This document shows, piece after piece, positions 11,691 through 24,500 of a DNA stretch of 64,000 nucleotides. The notes under the pieces were generated by a model. That model was not told where the DNA came from, searched no databases, and was given only the letters and a program-made list of their open reading frames with translations. Made by a program: the position numbers and the translations under genes. Positions within the stretch are counted from its first letter, which is position 1; each line of letters starts with the position of its first letter. This stretch comes from Lama glama (taxonomy: Eukaryota), in assembly GCA_028534125.1 (NCBI GenBank), contig CM052838.1, positions 46,748,001-46,812,000 on the forward strand, written 5' to 3'.

Positions 11691-12276
11691 TCTATCATCT
11701 CCTGGATGGGGAGAGCTCCCACTCTCCAAGGGCCACCCTCCAGCTCCTCCAAGTCAACACCCTGGTCAAGCTAGTCTTCATTACAGATCCTCACTTCTCC
11801 TCCTGCTGAGCTAATACACTTAGAAGATACACTGTTCCCAGTCCCTACAAAACCCAACTCGCCATGGACCCATGTGTACAAAAGACTGCCATTCTACCAC
11901 TGCCATCCTTGTTTCACTCCCATATTGCTAGGTCCTCCCTCAGTGACCCCGGAAAGGGTCTCTCAGGTCAGAAGAGAACAGGAGGGTGCAGGTGAGTGGA
12001 ACTGGGAGGTAAGGCCTAAGGCCAGAGCCTCTCTGGTTTGCCCACTGCCTGTGGTTACTTCATAACATGTGGGATCCCACTGAAATCCCACTAGCTGAAG
12101 AAATTTCTTTGGAATGGTTTCCAGTGGAATGGAAAGCTTTCAGTCATTTCCATGTTAGTATAAACTAGTTCAAGGAGCTGCCTTCTTAACTTCAATTTGA
12201 GATTGGCTAAAGGCTATGAGTGTGGTTGCTGGTTGTTCTGAGGTCCATTTGGGTTAGGGAACATAAATGGAAGATG

Positions 12277-12431
12277 CAGTTGGCCCTCCATGGTGGCAGG
12301 TTGTATATCCATGGATACGGAGGGCTGACTGAATTGTGCCATCTTATATAAGGATCTTGAGCATCCCGGGATTTTGGTAACTCTTGGGGATCATGGAACC
12401 AATTCCCCACAGATACCAAGGGACAACTGTA
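12277..12431. mobile_element. TcMar-Tigger non-autonomous DNA transposon (MER2/Tigger3-like), internally deleted
   Basis: Terminal inverted repeats cagttggccctcc... / ...gataccaagggacaactgta and internal cttatataagg..cttgagcatcc..ggattttggta..ggaaccaattcccc typical of this family. Confidence 0.75.
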
Positions 12432-13547
12432 ATTTTGGACTGTGGAACATTCCTAGAGGAAGAGGTCCCAGGGAGGAGAAGGGAAGCACAAAAACATTAG
12501 CACTGGGGGAAGTGGGGCGAAGGAGGGAGGACAGAAAGAGACTACCAAAGGCAAGCCCTGTGTGAGGCCAGCCCTCTGCAGCCCCCATCCTTCCTTTTGT
12601 CCTATATTCCATCCTTCGCTCTGCCCACTCCATACTCAAAATTTATGCCTGGGTGGATCCTCAGTATGAGATTTCTCTTATATTATGAGCTTTGTAGGCT
12701 CTTCTGGAAGCATAAGCACCATGGAGAGAATGATTTCTCCTGAAAATCTGGTTCTAAGTTCCAGACATGTGCTGTAACACATTCACACTAGGAATCACCC
12801 ACTTCACTAGACAGAGACTGCCCAATTACTTGTCTGACAGTTTTACAGGTATTAACAGGATTTAGCTCCATCACCACACAGAGCCACTCAGGAGAAATGA
12901 CTGAGTCACAGATCTTCTCTGGTCCCAGGAATGCCATGTTCAGTGCCAGCCACAAAGCAGAGTTTCAGAAATGCTAGGATATGGGCCGGGAGGGAGCATG
13001 ACAGGGTCTGTCACTCCATTTGCAGAGAGAAATGATCAAAGCCTGGGGGAGAAGCGACTGCATCAGATGTCAGAGGGGCCTGTGGTGTGGACGTAGCCAG
13101 AAGCCAGGTCCTCAGTATCTTACTCCGGCTGCCTGGACCACATTCTTCCAACAACAGTGCTTCCTACTGTGGGTTTTGCGGAATTCTGGCCCCCAGGTGC
13201 ACCTGGGAGAGGATGTCTAGGCAAAGCTGCCTTTTCTGGTCCCCTCTTGGAGACACACAGTGACATCCCCATATCACAGGCTCTGAGAAGTTATGCAATT
13301 CAAACAACAAAACCGGTTGGATTTTGTTTAACTCACTGTCTTCAGAACTCATTCGATCCCAGAAGCCCTTCGTTTCAAGGCACCCCAGCACAAGCTCCTG
13401 TAATGCTTTGGGAAACGCTGCTGTGAGGGAGCTGGGTGGAGACACGAGCCAGGGGCTCTAGTCGTGGCCGTAGCACTGACTGGCTTTAGGCAAATTTTCA
13501 TCCCTGCAGGGTCTTGTTTCTACACCTTTCCTGCCTGCCCTCACTCA

Positions 13548-13582
13548 GGCAGGCGAGAATTCTACCACTGAATCACCCATGC
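13548..13582 (-). pseudogene. Tailless retropseudogene: 5' half (nt 1-35) of tRNA-Gly(GCC)
   Basis: Minus strand GCATGGGTGATTCAGTGGTAGAATTCTCGCCTGCC vs tRNA-Gly-GCC GCATGGGTGGTTCAGTGGTAGAATTCTCGCCTGCC (1 mismatch); flanked by direct repeat CTGCCCTCACTCAGG at 13535-13549 and 13582-13596. Confidence 0.9.
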
Positions 13583-13684
13583 TGCCCTCACTCAGGAACG
13601 TTGCCAACAAGACATAAATGGGGAACATGGCAGGTCTTTAACCAGCCTGAGTTATAACCCTTCCCCTCATGGCCCAAGGCTCAC

Positions 13685-13804
13685 CTCCGCCTTCTGTCCA
13701 CCCCGAAAGCTGATCCCATCAGAAATGCACGACTGGAATTCGGCAATGGTGTAGTACTCGACCTCAACAGAAGGGGGCTCTGGTGGCTTCGGCAGCTGGA
13801 ACCC
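13685..13804 (-). CDS. SH3PXD2A: SH3PXD2A coding exon (120 nt), start of SH3#3: [40 protein letters not shown]
   Basis: ccttag|GGGTTC acceptor at 13804; GCGGAG|gtgagc donor at 13685; phase 0/0, joins in frame to flanking exons. Confidence 0.96.
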
Positions 13805-14419
13805 CTAAGGCAGAGAAAACAGTGAGCAAGACCCATCCGGTCAAATCCATAATAGAGGCAACTGTGGCGGTTACACCATCTGGACAGCAGTGGACTCAAG
13901 TCTCAGGCTGTCTCCCCAAGAGATCTCTTTCCTGACCAGGCTCTCTAAGAATCAATCCCTAGGAGTCACTTGAATCAATTGTCTGAACTATCAAAATGAT
14001 CATCTAGTTATAAATTTCCTTCCTTATATCCTTTGGAGTCCAATTTTCAGAAGCTGCAACAGCCAGGTCCCAAAATGAAAGTTAAGAAGCTGAGAAATTG
14101 TTGTAAGAAAGCCCATGCACACTGTCACACTGTCCCCTGGAAGTGTAGAGTTACGTCCTTGAGTCTCAGGTGAAGTGCCACCGGGGTGACACCTGGCTGT
14201 AGAGGTGGGATGGGTGTAAGGGTCATGGGGTTGGTGAGAAGATCCCTTGGTCTGTCATCATGATGATGTCAAGTGGTCAGGCAAGCACAGAATAAAGCTC
14301 CGGATCCTTTGCCCTGGGGTGGGGTGGAACATGCTGGGAAGCCTAAATGTTTCCTAGAAGCTGGTACATCAGTATCTAAGCCTGACATGTGGGGACGTTG
14401 TAAGCCTCAGTCACCCATG

Positions 14420-14540
14420 TTACAAATGTTTGTTGTGTGTCTACTGGGTGCCAGGCCCTGGTCCAAGGCACCAGGCATCCAAGAGTGAACCAAAAGGACA
14501 GCCCCCTTGTCCTTGTGGAGAGGACATTCCAGCTTCAGCC
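14420..14540 (-). mobile_element. L2 3' fragment
   Basis: acaaatgtttgttg..tgtctactgggtgccaggccctg...gtgaac.aaa...ccttgtccttgtggag. Confidence 0.6.
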
Positions 14541-14654
14541 CGTCTCTACTCTGGTGAACACGGACTTGGTGCCTCCCCATTACTCCCAGTATGTCCCGGT
14601 ATCAGTTAAAACAAAACAATTTTTATTAAAAAGGGAGGCTAGAGAGGGGAAAGC

Positions 14655-14900
14655 AGCTGTAGTGTAGCAGGAAGACCTCAAAAGACCTCTGCCTTGCAGC
14701 TAGACACACATGGGCTCCAGTCCCAGCTCAGCAATTCACCAGCTGCATGGCCCTGTGTAAGGCCCCTGACCTCTCTGAGCCTCAGTCTCCTCATCTCTAA
14801 AATGGAACTAACAACAGGGTCATGAAGAGGACCACTGAGATAATGAACATATCTTCTGGTCGAGCCAGGGGTATAAGAAGAGCTCCATAAATAGAAGCCA
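14655..14900 (+). mobile_element. MIR
   Basis: tcccagctcagc..ttcaccagctg...acctctctgagcctcagtctcctcatctctaaaatgg...gagataatg. Confidence 0.8.
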
Positions 14901-15559
14901 GAGCTGAATCCTCTTCCTGATACACTATACTATTCCTCTTAACCTGTCTCGTCCTTCAAGGCTCAGCATGTTCTAATCCTGCCAGTCACAGCTGGGTCGC
15001 CTTGGGTCAGAGTGAGTGAAGGGTGAGGGGAAGCTGGTTTTGAGGGACCAGATATGATCCGGTCAACTTTCCCCACCTGGTGCCTGGCCCTGCAGCCGTG
15101 CACGTGTGCAGGTGAGGCCCAGGTCCCAGCCTGGCCGGGACCCCCAGCCAGTGAGAGGCAGCCCTGCCTGGCTGGAACGAACAGCTCTGCCTCAGCAAGC
15201 CCTGCTTTTGGGAGGCGTGGAAGGTACTACCCCATTCTTGCCAAAATCAAGTCTGTCTCAAAATAATCAGCTGGGGCTGAGAGAGATGGGAGGAAAGAAC
15301 CCTCCAATCAGCTGTGTCAAACGCGACAGGGAACAAGACAGGAACTCCACTCAGGCTGATGGCCAAGGCAAGGATGTTCGCATGTCCAGGGGCCAAATCT
15401 TCAAAAAATCCCATTTACTGAAGGCCCACTCTTCCAGTGACGGCAGTTGTCCCCCTCTCCCAAGCGGATGTCACTGACCACAGTAAGTGTTGTTAAGCCC
15501 AGATGTGACTTCGAATCCTTGTTCATACACAGTGCACAGAGAGCTGACACAGGAAGTGG

Positions 15560-15760
15560 AAAGCTGATGGCCAGCCCTCTGCACACAGCGTCTCATCTCA
15601 TCCTTACAGCAGCCCTGGGAGATGGCTGGCACTGTCCTCAACTCATAAATAAGGAAACTGAGGGTTGTGGAGAGCAAACAACTTGCCCAGGCGCTTGCTG
15701 TTCCTAAGTGTCAGAAGTGGAATATGAATCCGTGCCTAGCAGGCTCGAAGCCCCGTTCTT
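15560..15760 (-). mobile_element. MIR
   Basis: tctcatctcatccttacagcagccctgggag...aaggaaactgaggg...acttgcccagg. Confidence 0.7.
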
Positions 15761-16437
15761 TCCACTACATCCCACTGCCCTGGGTAACAGGTTCTCAGTT
15801 CTAGGGCTCTCGGCCCGTCACCAGCATCACTGCTGCCCCGAGCCCCAGCACCCTGAGTGCACATCTGCCTCCCTGATGGTCTGGATGCCAGGAAATCACC
15901 CACAGGAGCCAGGGTTCCCAGCAGCACTGAGCCTCTTTGAGCTTCAGCATAAGCCAGTCCCTGCCATTTACCACCCTTCTCCCCTGAGTCTGAGCCCTGG
16001 TCTGCCCTCTGCCCTCCCAGGCTCTGGCATCCACCACAATCCATCAGATACTCCCAAGCAAGGAAGGCAAAGCTGAAAGGCTTCCAGGCTCTCATGGACA
16101 GCAGCCCCACTTCCAGCCCCTGGCAATGCCCTGGCCGGACACTCTCGCCAGCCAGTCTAAATGTTTATGTCTGCCAGTGTGGTGGCGGGATGGATTTATT
16201 TAGCTTTGGAGTGCAGTGTGTTTTTGATTACAAACTGTCCAGCTAGGCCGCAGAGAGGCTGGGATCCTCAGGCTTCCCTCCCTGCCCCCAGCCCCATGAA
16301 GCTGGAAGCCTCAGCCTGGCCCTGGGGAAGCTCTGGGCTAACAGGCTCTGCAGTGGGACAGCCAGTTAATGGGGGCTGCTACCATGCCCCCAACGCCAGA
16401 AAAGGAACAAGGGAGAAAAAAAAATCAACACACATAC

Positions 16438-16487
16438 CAGACTGGACTCTCTGCGAGGTGGAGGCCTTGTCCTTAGGTTTGGGGAGC
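16438..16487 (-). CDS. SH3PXD2A: SH3PXD2A coding exon (50 nt): (S)SPNLRTRPPPRRESSL
   Basis: ctgctag|GCTCCC acceptor; AGTCTG|gtatgt donor; phase 1 in / 0 out; peptide visible in ORF 16366..16608. Confidence 0.95.
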
Positions 16488-17583
16488 CTAGCAGAAGAAA
16501 CAGGGCTTCAGAAATCCCAGCCAGACAACAGTGCCTTCCCCACCTCCCCTGGGTGTGGCCGCCTCCTGACCCTCCTGACCCTGGAAAGTTCCTGCTTTTG
16601 TCCTGCATTTATGAAGAACTCATGCTCTCAGCCACTACCAGCACTACACGTGGGCTCCTTCAGTGGGAAGCCACAGACCTTTAAGCTTCCTTGGCTATGT
16701 TTCAAGGGGATCCATGAACCCTCTAAAATGATGTGCACATTTGAAAATGTATGAACATAGAGAGGCATTTTTCAGGGGAAAGGGGAGATAACTTTATCGG
16801 ATTCTCAGAGTTAGGAGGAGAGACCATGTCTATTTCTTGTTCCCTACTGAATCCTTAGAAGCTAGCACAGTGCCAGGTAAGAGGGCACCCAAAAAACATT
16901 TCCCAAGTGATACTCAAAAGGTTTCAGGCACAGAGCTAACTTAACCAAGTTTAGGACTAAACTTAAAAACAGCTTTCCTCCAGATTTTAAGGGAAGCTGG
17001 TCTCTCGTAACAGATTAACCCTCAACCATAGGCATCATTGTGCCAGAGATGCTAGAGAATTGGAGGGACCAGCAGCTGGTTTCTCCTGTAAGAAAGGAGA
17101 CTCATGAAGAATGCCACTTAAAACTGCTCGTGGAAAGATGTACAGTCACCCTTTCAAGTCTTTTAGGTTTCCAGTAACTGGTGGAAGGAGACAGGGAAGG
17201 ATGGGTAAGGTTCAGCAAGATGTTCCAGCAGCTGTCACTCAGAAGGCAGCCTTGTGTCGAGGGCCCCCACTGCACAGCCCGGGCAACTACACTTCTCTGC
17301 AAAGTGACCCTTCCTGGCTCTCTGCTAGAGGAGGAGGGAATGCTACCAGGTTACATACTCATGTAATATCTCTTCGGTAGAGGAGTTGGAGGGAACTGCC
17401 TTGTACACTCTTCTAATTAGCATGGGATAAGTTGACAGAGTGAGGCTGGGGTCAAAGGTCTGTCTGCATCTCAGGAAGAAAATGATACAAGGAGCATGCA
17501 CCCTGCTCTGGCTTTTCTTGTATCTCATGCTCCCTCTCTAAAGAGCAGTGCCGTGAGGACCCAGGGGTCAGAGAGACTCTTAC

Positions 17584-17921
17584 TGATCTGGGCCCTCTGA
17601 GGGGCAATCCTGGCCACGGCTGGGGAGCCCTGGGCCAGCTTGGAGACGGTCCTCTCAGGGACACCCAGGGCGCTGCCGTTGGAGGCGTTGCAGAGGATGG
17701 GCAGGCTGATCTCCTTCTTGGCAATGGGGGCTTCTGGGCCCTCGCCTTCGGTGGGGGGTGCCTCCTTGTCGCTGGACGCCTTCTTGTTCAGCAGGTTGCT
17801 GATCTCCATGATGTTCCCGATGATCTCCACTGGGCCTGCCAGGTTCTTCTTCCGCGCTGGCAGGTCGTCCTTGGCTTTCTTCAGGTACGACGCTGGCGCC
17901 CAGCCCTCTTTGCCCAGGTAT
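17584..17921 (-). CDS. SH3PXD2A: SH3PXD2A coding exon (338 nt): end of SH3#2 and linker (R)YLGKEGWAPASYLKK...RIAPQRAQI(S)
   Basis: ccccgcag|ATACCTG acceptor; CAGATCA|gtaaga donor; phase 2 in / 1 out; peptide in ORF 17525..17830. Confidence 0.96.
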
Positions 17922-18449
17922 CTGCGGGGAGGAGTGGGACACAGCGTCCTGAGAGCCCCCCTGCTAGGCCCCAGGCTCTATCTGGCCTTGCCCAGCTGAG
18001 CCTTCTCTGCCATGCTCTGCAAGACACTTGGCAAAGCCATGACTCTGGACAGAACTGGAACTGAGGGCAGGTGGAAAAGACACCAGAACACCATTTCTCC
18101 CTCTTTACCTCCTGTTCTTTGCCTGATCTCCCTTACTGTGGGTTCCTGTCATTTGCAAAGACAGGTAAGCATGGGACCTTGGGATGAGAAGACTGCACAA
18201 ATTTGGGGTTGCCCAAAAGGTAGGCTTTGCAATGGCCTGCTACCTCACCACAGCAGAGGGCAATTTTAGAGATAAGAAAAGAGAAGGTGTATAGAGTTAA
18301 ATGCCCAGTCAAAAAAGGAAGTACATTCAGACAGGTGAAGAGGTAGCAAAAGTGAATTAGGAAACCTGAGTCCTGGTTGACAGTACCTTGGACAAGTCCC
18401 TACAAGTCAAGTTTTTCCTCTTCTGCAAAATGCTGGGATAGAGTAGCTG

Positions 18450-18930
18450 CAAATGTTCATCCAGAAGGACAGACATATTGCGACCAACGAGGAAGATGTC
18501 TATGAAGGAAAGTGAGTGAGTGTGGAAAGCACTGGCACTGCTGCAGGAGGAGCAATCGGGTCAAGTTCACAGAACAAGTTCATACACAGATCAATGTTTC
18601 AAAGTAGTGGGGTAAGGACGGATTATTCAGTGAGTGATCTGGGGACAACTGAAGATCCAGGTAGGAAAAACAAGGGAAACTCTGGCCTCACAACTGTGTA
18701 GCAAAATTAAAAATGCAAGGCATGAGTATCTGCTTCATCTTGGGGGTTGAGAAAATCCTTCTAAATGGAACTCCAAAAGCAGAAACCATAAAGGAAAAGA
18801 CCAAATAAAGCACATGACTGGATAAAATTAAAGCCTTTGGTATGGCAAAACAAAAACAAAATGGAACAAAACAAAACAAAATGAAAACAAAACCAAAACC
18901 CATAAATAAGAGCAAAAGGCAAATGACAGG
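18450..18930 (+). mobile_element. Degenerate L1M ORF2-region fragment with (CAAAA)n tract
   Basis: ctccaaaagcagaaaccataaaggaaaaga...ataaaattaaa...tatggcaaaa...aaaaggcaaatgaca resembles old L1 ORF2 3' region; boundaries approximate. Confidence 0.65.
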
Positions 18931-21444
18931 GCTGACTTAATTTTAGGGGATTTGCTGACTTCTCAAAACAAGCTTTTCCCCTTTCCCTTCATGGTGTTGA
19001 GCTTCGACTTAAACTCACTGGGACCTTACTTCCCGGTCCAGTAATTGCTGGCCAATGCCCCCGAGTCTGGAGTGCGATGTCCTCGCCTGCTCCCGGAGCT
19101 ACATCTACATCTGTCTCTCTGGAATGGCTCCTCTATCCCAGCTGTCAGACAGTCCCCTCTCCCCTGCCTCTCTGGGCTGACCTTGTTTTGGGGGGCTCAT
19201 CAGGTGGGAGAAAAAGCAACGTGAAAGTTAAAGTTTCTAACGTGTCTGAGTTTTGCTGGAAAGCTCAGGTAGGAGGTGGCTTCTCATGTTCATTTCACAT
19301 GAATGTGCAGGCAGGCTGATTCAAGCTTCCTCGTTTGGACCCCTGTTTTGGGTCTTGGAAGGCAGGCATCAGTGAAGAAATGGATGGGAGTCAGGGAGCT
19401 GGCAGACAGAAGCACAGAATTTCAGGGGTGGATGGAACCAACTAGTAAAGATGCCTAATCTTACATATGAGCCAACAACCAAGGCTCAGACAGGCAAAGC
19501 AAGTAGCAGAGGGTCACACAGCTAGCTGTCAGCAGCATCTGGCACTGGTGCCCTTCATCTTGGAGAAAAGATGAAGATGAGCCTGAGGACCACTGCAGGT
19601 GCTTTTCTATGAGTGCATGGTGCAGAGATGGGGGGCGGGGCTCACAAGAGTGATGGTCAGGACTGCTCCCATTTCAAACCCCGATGTGCTCCTTTGGTGT
19701 TACATGGATAAAATTAGATTCCAGGCAGAGAGATGCAAGGGAATCAGGAGCGGCTGTGTGTGTTTGGGTCCAAGTCTGCTCACATCTGCTTTCCAGCTCT
19801 GGAGCACAGAATGACTCCAGAGGGAAGCGAACTGGAAAAGGAGGATGGAGGGAAAGGGAGGGTGTGTGTGGGGGTGGGTGGGGGGGGGGAGAAAGACAGG
19901 AAATAAGGATCAACACGGAGCCTGGGATGCTGGGAAATGGCATTTTTAAGGGGGTGTCTGGCAGCCTTCTTAAGGTGGAATCTTTTTAGTTGGGTTCTAT
20001 CAGTTGAAGCTCCCACTGGCTAAAAGGCTAAGCTGTGGGGACAAGAGGTGACTAGAAGAGCCAGCTCAGAGTGCTTCTGTTGGTCATTTTAGAAAATCAA
20101 AAAATCCTAGCAGCCTTGTAGATAACCTCTGGGTGAGTGGTTCAGGTTACCAGCCTGCCAGAATGTCCACTGGCCTTCCCACGCAGACTCGTGGTGGCAG
20201 GATTTGGGGCTGGGCTCTAGGTTCCATTGCTGAGAGAACACCGAAAGTCTAGGAGCAGTGGATTTGGGCAAACATGTCCAGGTACACAGTCCTGTCCCAC
20301 CTAACAGGACAGAATGGGACACCTCAGCCCTCCTGACTGCTGTGCATGGAGCCAGGGGCAGGGGTGTCTATGTCCTGCCAGGTCACACTAAGTTTCCATC
20401 CCATGTGGCTAACGACCTTCATCCTACCCGTCACCATAAACCAATCTTAATACCCTCACGGTCTGCTGTGGTCTAAGCAAATGTCTTGTGAGTTCCCCTG
20501 TCACCTGGGTAGATCCTGTTCCCTCTGACAGCTCAGAACATGCATGTTGCCCACAGTGGTCTGGGGAGGCAGTCCCCACAGCCCACAACAGGGAACTCTG
20601 TCATCTAGGTTACAGGCAGAGAAAAGAAACGGCAAAATCATCATAGTTGAGCTGCTTCCAAAGGATCCAAAAACATTTCCTGCGAGCAAGGCCCCCTGGG
20701 GGGTGCTGGCTGGTCTGGGAGCCCCAGGGCAGAAGGGTCTGGGGGGAGAGGTGGGTAAAGCCCGCAGGAATTAGTTTGCTTCCAGGAGCGTCAGGAAGCT
20801 CCCAACTTCCCTACCCACTCCCCCAAATGGATTTCTCAGCTGGGAAGTGTGACTAGACCCGAGGAGAGGGAGGGGCAGAGCAAGGGGCCTCTGAACCAGG
20901 ACTGGGATCAGGCCTCACTTCCGCCCCAGCTTTAGCGACCACGTGAGCCAGCCGTGCAGAGTGAACGGCCCCAGGCCAGAGCCTGCATCTGGGGCCCCTG
21001 GTGCTGAGCCGTGGGCAGCAGGGGCTGTCTGTTGGGACCCCAGCAAGGCTGGTGGACGCCAGCGCTCCAGGCGGCCTGAGATGCAGAGCACGCCAGGCAG
21101 CCAAGGCCGGACGCAGAAAACCAAATTCAGATGTGCTGGACCCTCTTGGCAGATGCACGGGAAGGGATTGCACCACTGCCTGCAAGCTGAGCCGGGGCCC
21201 CTGTGCCCCACTGGCTGTGGCTCAGGCTTGGCTTTATGTGTCCCGGGAGGGGATCTGCAAGAGGAGTGCTCTCTGTCAGAGCTGTTCAGCTGTGCAGAGC
21301 TGAAGCAGCCAAGCAAGGTTGGGAGCTCAAAGCTGCTGTCAGTATCTACCTGCCAGCTGGTGCCCATAGCCACACTGCACCCCAGGGCCCGCCTGGGGGC
21401 CAGCCTGCCAGGAGGCCACCTCACTCCTCTGCTGGGGCTCCTAC

Positions 21445-21562
21445 CTGATGTACCACCAGCCCTCCAAATTCTTGCGGATCACCTCCACGGTGACGCCCTT
21501 CTCAAAGCCAATCTCGTCCTTGCTTTGGCTGGTGTAAGGCTGCACAGTGACGTACTTCTCCT
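21445..21562 (-). CDS. SH3PXD2A: SH3PXD2A coding exon (118 nt), first part of SH3#2: (E)EKYVTVQPYTSQSKDEIGFEKGVTVEVIRKNLEGWWYI(R)
   Basis: acccacag|AGGAGAAG acceptor; CATCAG|gtagga donor; phase 1 in / 2 out. Confidence 0.96.
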
Positions 21563-24500
21563 CTGTGGGTGGTGGTAAGAAGCAAAAAAGCACAATTATT
21601 TGAGGCCGGGGTGCAGGTCCTCCTTCCTATCTCCCCCTCCCCCTGACCTGGTCTCACTTAGCTGGTGGCCAAGGTGCACTAGGTCAGCCTCTGGCTTTTC
21701 CAGGAAAAGGAAGAAAAGGGACCAGGTCTTACTGCTGCTCTCAGAGCTGGGTAGGGCCACAGGTGGCCCTGCGAGCCACAGGCAGCATGGAGCTGGCTCT
21801 CCCAGCCCCCATGATGCCAGGCTACAGGAGCCCGGAGTCCTCAGGGCCCCAGAAACTCCCTGGGAGGAGGCCAGGGCTACAAGGAGCCTGGCCCTCACGG
21901 GGCCTGAGTCAGGAAGTCTGAGAACAGACCTGGGTGTCAACTGAGTGTCTGGAGGACCCACAGCGTACCCCTCCTTCCCTGAACCTGCCACGTTCCCATC
22001 TGTGCCCCAGAATTGCTCTCCTAGCCCTTCTTTTACCTCAAATCCTTCCATCAATCCTCTGTCAGGCCTTCTGATGGTTCTAGAGGCACCTCAGGGAAGC
22101 CTCCCCTGACCACTAATCTGGTCACCTGATCATGGCATCTCCCCAAGACGATTCTAGGAACCCACATTCTATGGGAGTGGTTATGTGTTTTGTTAAGGGT
22201 CCAGTGGCTTAGTGAGCAGTGGCCACGCTGAGTGCAGCATAATCAGGCCCGTGCTCATAGGGCCCTGAGAGGGCCACCATGCCTGTGTGCCTTCTAGAGA
22301 ACAGTGTGCTGAGTAGACCTCGCAGCTGAGCAGGACCCCTCAGGGAGCTGCCTGCTCTGATCTCACAGAGGGATTGTGAGCTCTGTCCAGGGTTCCCAGG
22401 CACTGGGCAAGAGGCACCTGTGGGAGTAGAGGAAGAACTTGGGTAGCAGGCCTGGGGAGGCTGGGCAACATGGTTCTTCCGGGATCCCTCCAGCCTCTCT
22501 CCTGGCAGGGCCCTGTCCTTCCACATGAGTCCTTGCTCAGGCTTCCAGGATGGTGGGTCTGCACCTGCTGGGGACCCACAGCTAGCCGGCTGCAGCCTGC
22601 CTGCCTCCTGCAGGGAGAGCCTTCCCAGAGGACCAGCTCAGGAAGGAGCACGTGGCTGCACCCCCACAATCTGGGAGAATGAGCAGCAGAGATAGACAAG
22701 GAAACTGACCTCTTGGCATGCCCTTCAGGAGGGTCACCCTTATCCTGTGCTGTCCCCTCTGGCCTGAACACTCTCCGGGGCTGAGACAGCACCTGGGACA
22801 CAGTAGGAATTCCAAAGGGACTATGGATGCGGAAATAGGCGGGCTGGGCCAGCACACTGAGTGGGAGACTTTGAGCTCAAAATAGCAGGATGCCGGCACA
22901 GAACGCCTGGATCTAAGATGCCTGCCCCTTGCCTCCTGGCTCCCATCTGTGACAGTCATCCCCTGGACTCCTCAGCTGGACCCCGACGGGCTGCCTGCCT
23001 GAGCCTCAGGCAGCAGGCGGGGAGGGGACAGCTGCCACCCCAACCCCCTGCTCAGGAGGGCCATCTGTTCATCCCTCCCTGGATTATCAGGGTCCTGTCT
23101 GTGGCCCTGTGCTGGGAGGAGAGAGCTGCTCCCTTTGGGGTGGAGGTTGCTGCAAGGACAGAGCTGATGGGCTGCTGGCATAATCCAAAAGTCTGCCAAA
23201 AGACAAAAGGTAGGTGATGACCACTGGGAGTCTCCATAATTGAGCATGTTCTTCTCAATGCAAGCCTTTCTCAGCATCAGCTCGCTCCTGGAAGCGTTCA
23301 GATTCCAACCCAGCCATGCTGGGGAGAGCTGCCAGGACCGCCTGTGAACCTGGTCCGGCCAGATTCTGACTCGGGCCTTTGAGAAGTTCCGTGTCTGCAG
23401 TCCAGCCCCCTGTGCTCCTGCTGTTCCTGGTCTTGCTCCATTTTCCAGTGGGGCACGCTAAATCCTGGCCCAGGCAGTGGCCAGAGGGGCAGTGCCAGGC
23501 CCCAGGGATCCAGAGTTCTGAGGCTGGGGTGAGCCTAGCGAGGCCGAGGCGCCACATTTTGCCTTTGTTCAGCTGGGCTATTTTTAAAAGCCTGTGGTTC
23601 ACACAGGAAGCCATCATTAAAGTTCCCCTAGGTAAAGTTGATTTTGCAGAGAAAAATTGCAGACCCTCTCTGGGGAAGATCAGAGAAGCCCGGCCCTGTC
23701 GCATGGCAGAGGACAGGGCCGAGACTGTGCCCTGTGGGCGCACCTCCTCAGCCCCACAGTGTGCGTGTGGAGGGCAGAGTCCTGGGGGCCATGGAAGCGT
23801 CCTGCTTTTCCCGGCCCTCCTCGGGTGGGTCAGTTTTACTCAGGAAAGCTGAGCTGTTCCTGCACAGAACCCTCTTCTTGATGGCCCTGGGGCTGACGTG
23901 AACACAGATGTCTAGGACTTCATACTCGCAGGGGGATGTGGTTGGCTAAGAGGCTCATCCTGCCCTGTCACTGCTGGTTTCAGGAGATGAGAATTCAGAG
24001 TCCTGGTCCCAGGCAGGGAAACTCTTCCAACTCATCTGTTTGGGGGCTCAGTTTTCTGCCACAGTTGGCTCAGATGACAGAAGTGTGAAGTTAGCTCTAG
24101 GTGGACACGTGCCACCGGGGTCTCAGCCTCCAACTCACAGGTTTCCCTGAGGGAAAAGCAGAGCCCCTCCACTGATCTGGGGTCACAAACCCCACCCTGG
24201 GACCCAGACAGATGGAAATGGCTGGGGGTGAGGGGGTGCTCTCATTTGCATTGGTTGGGGTCTCTAGAAAGCAGACCCCTTAGGAATCAGAGTTGAGGGG
24301 AGAGGCCTGGGAATTCTCAGGGGCACCTTTCAGCTTCTGGGAAGCGCTGAGACCGTGGTCACTCTGATGTGCCCAGGGAGGGCTGACCAGGCTGCCCACC
24401 GGGTGGGGTGGGTGGCTGGGGGTAGGTGGACAGGCCTGTTTTGGTTGCGGAGGCAGGGGCTGGAAATCCCTGCAGTTTCCAAACCACAGACGCCTCCTCT

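Noticed and set aside
13548-13582. Functional tRNA-Gly gene
   Set aside because: Only the 5' half is present: no T-arm/B-box or 3' acceptor stem, so it cannot fold as a tRNA or be transcribed by Pol III as one.
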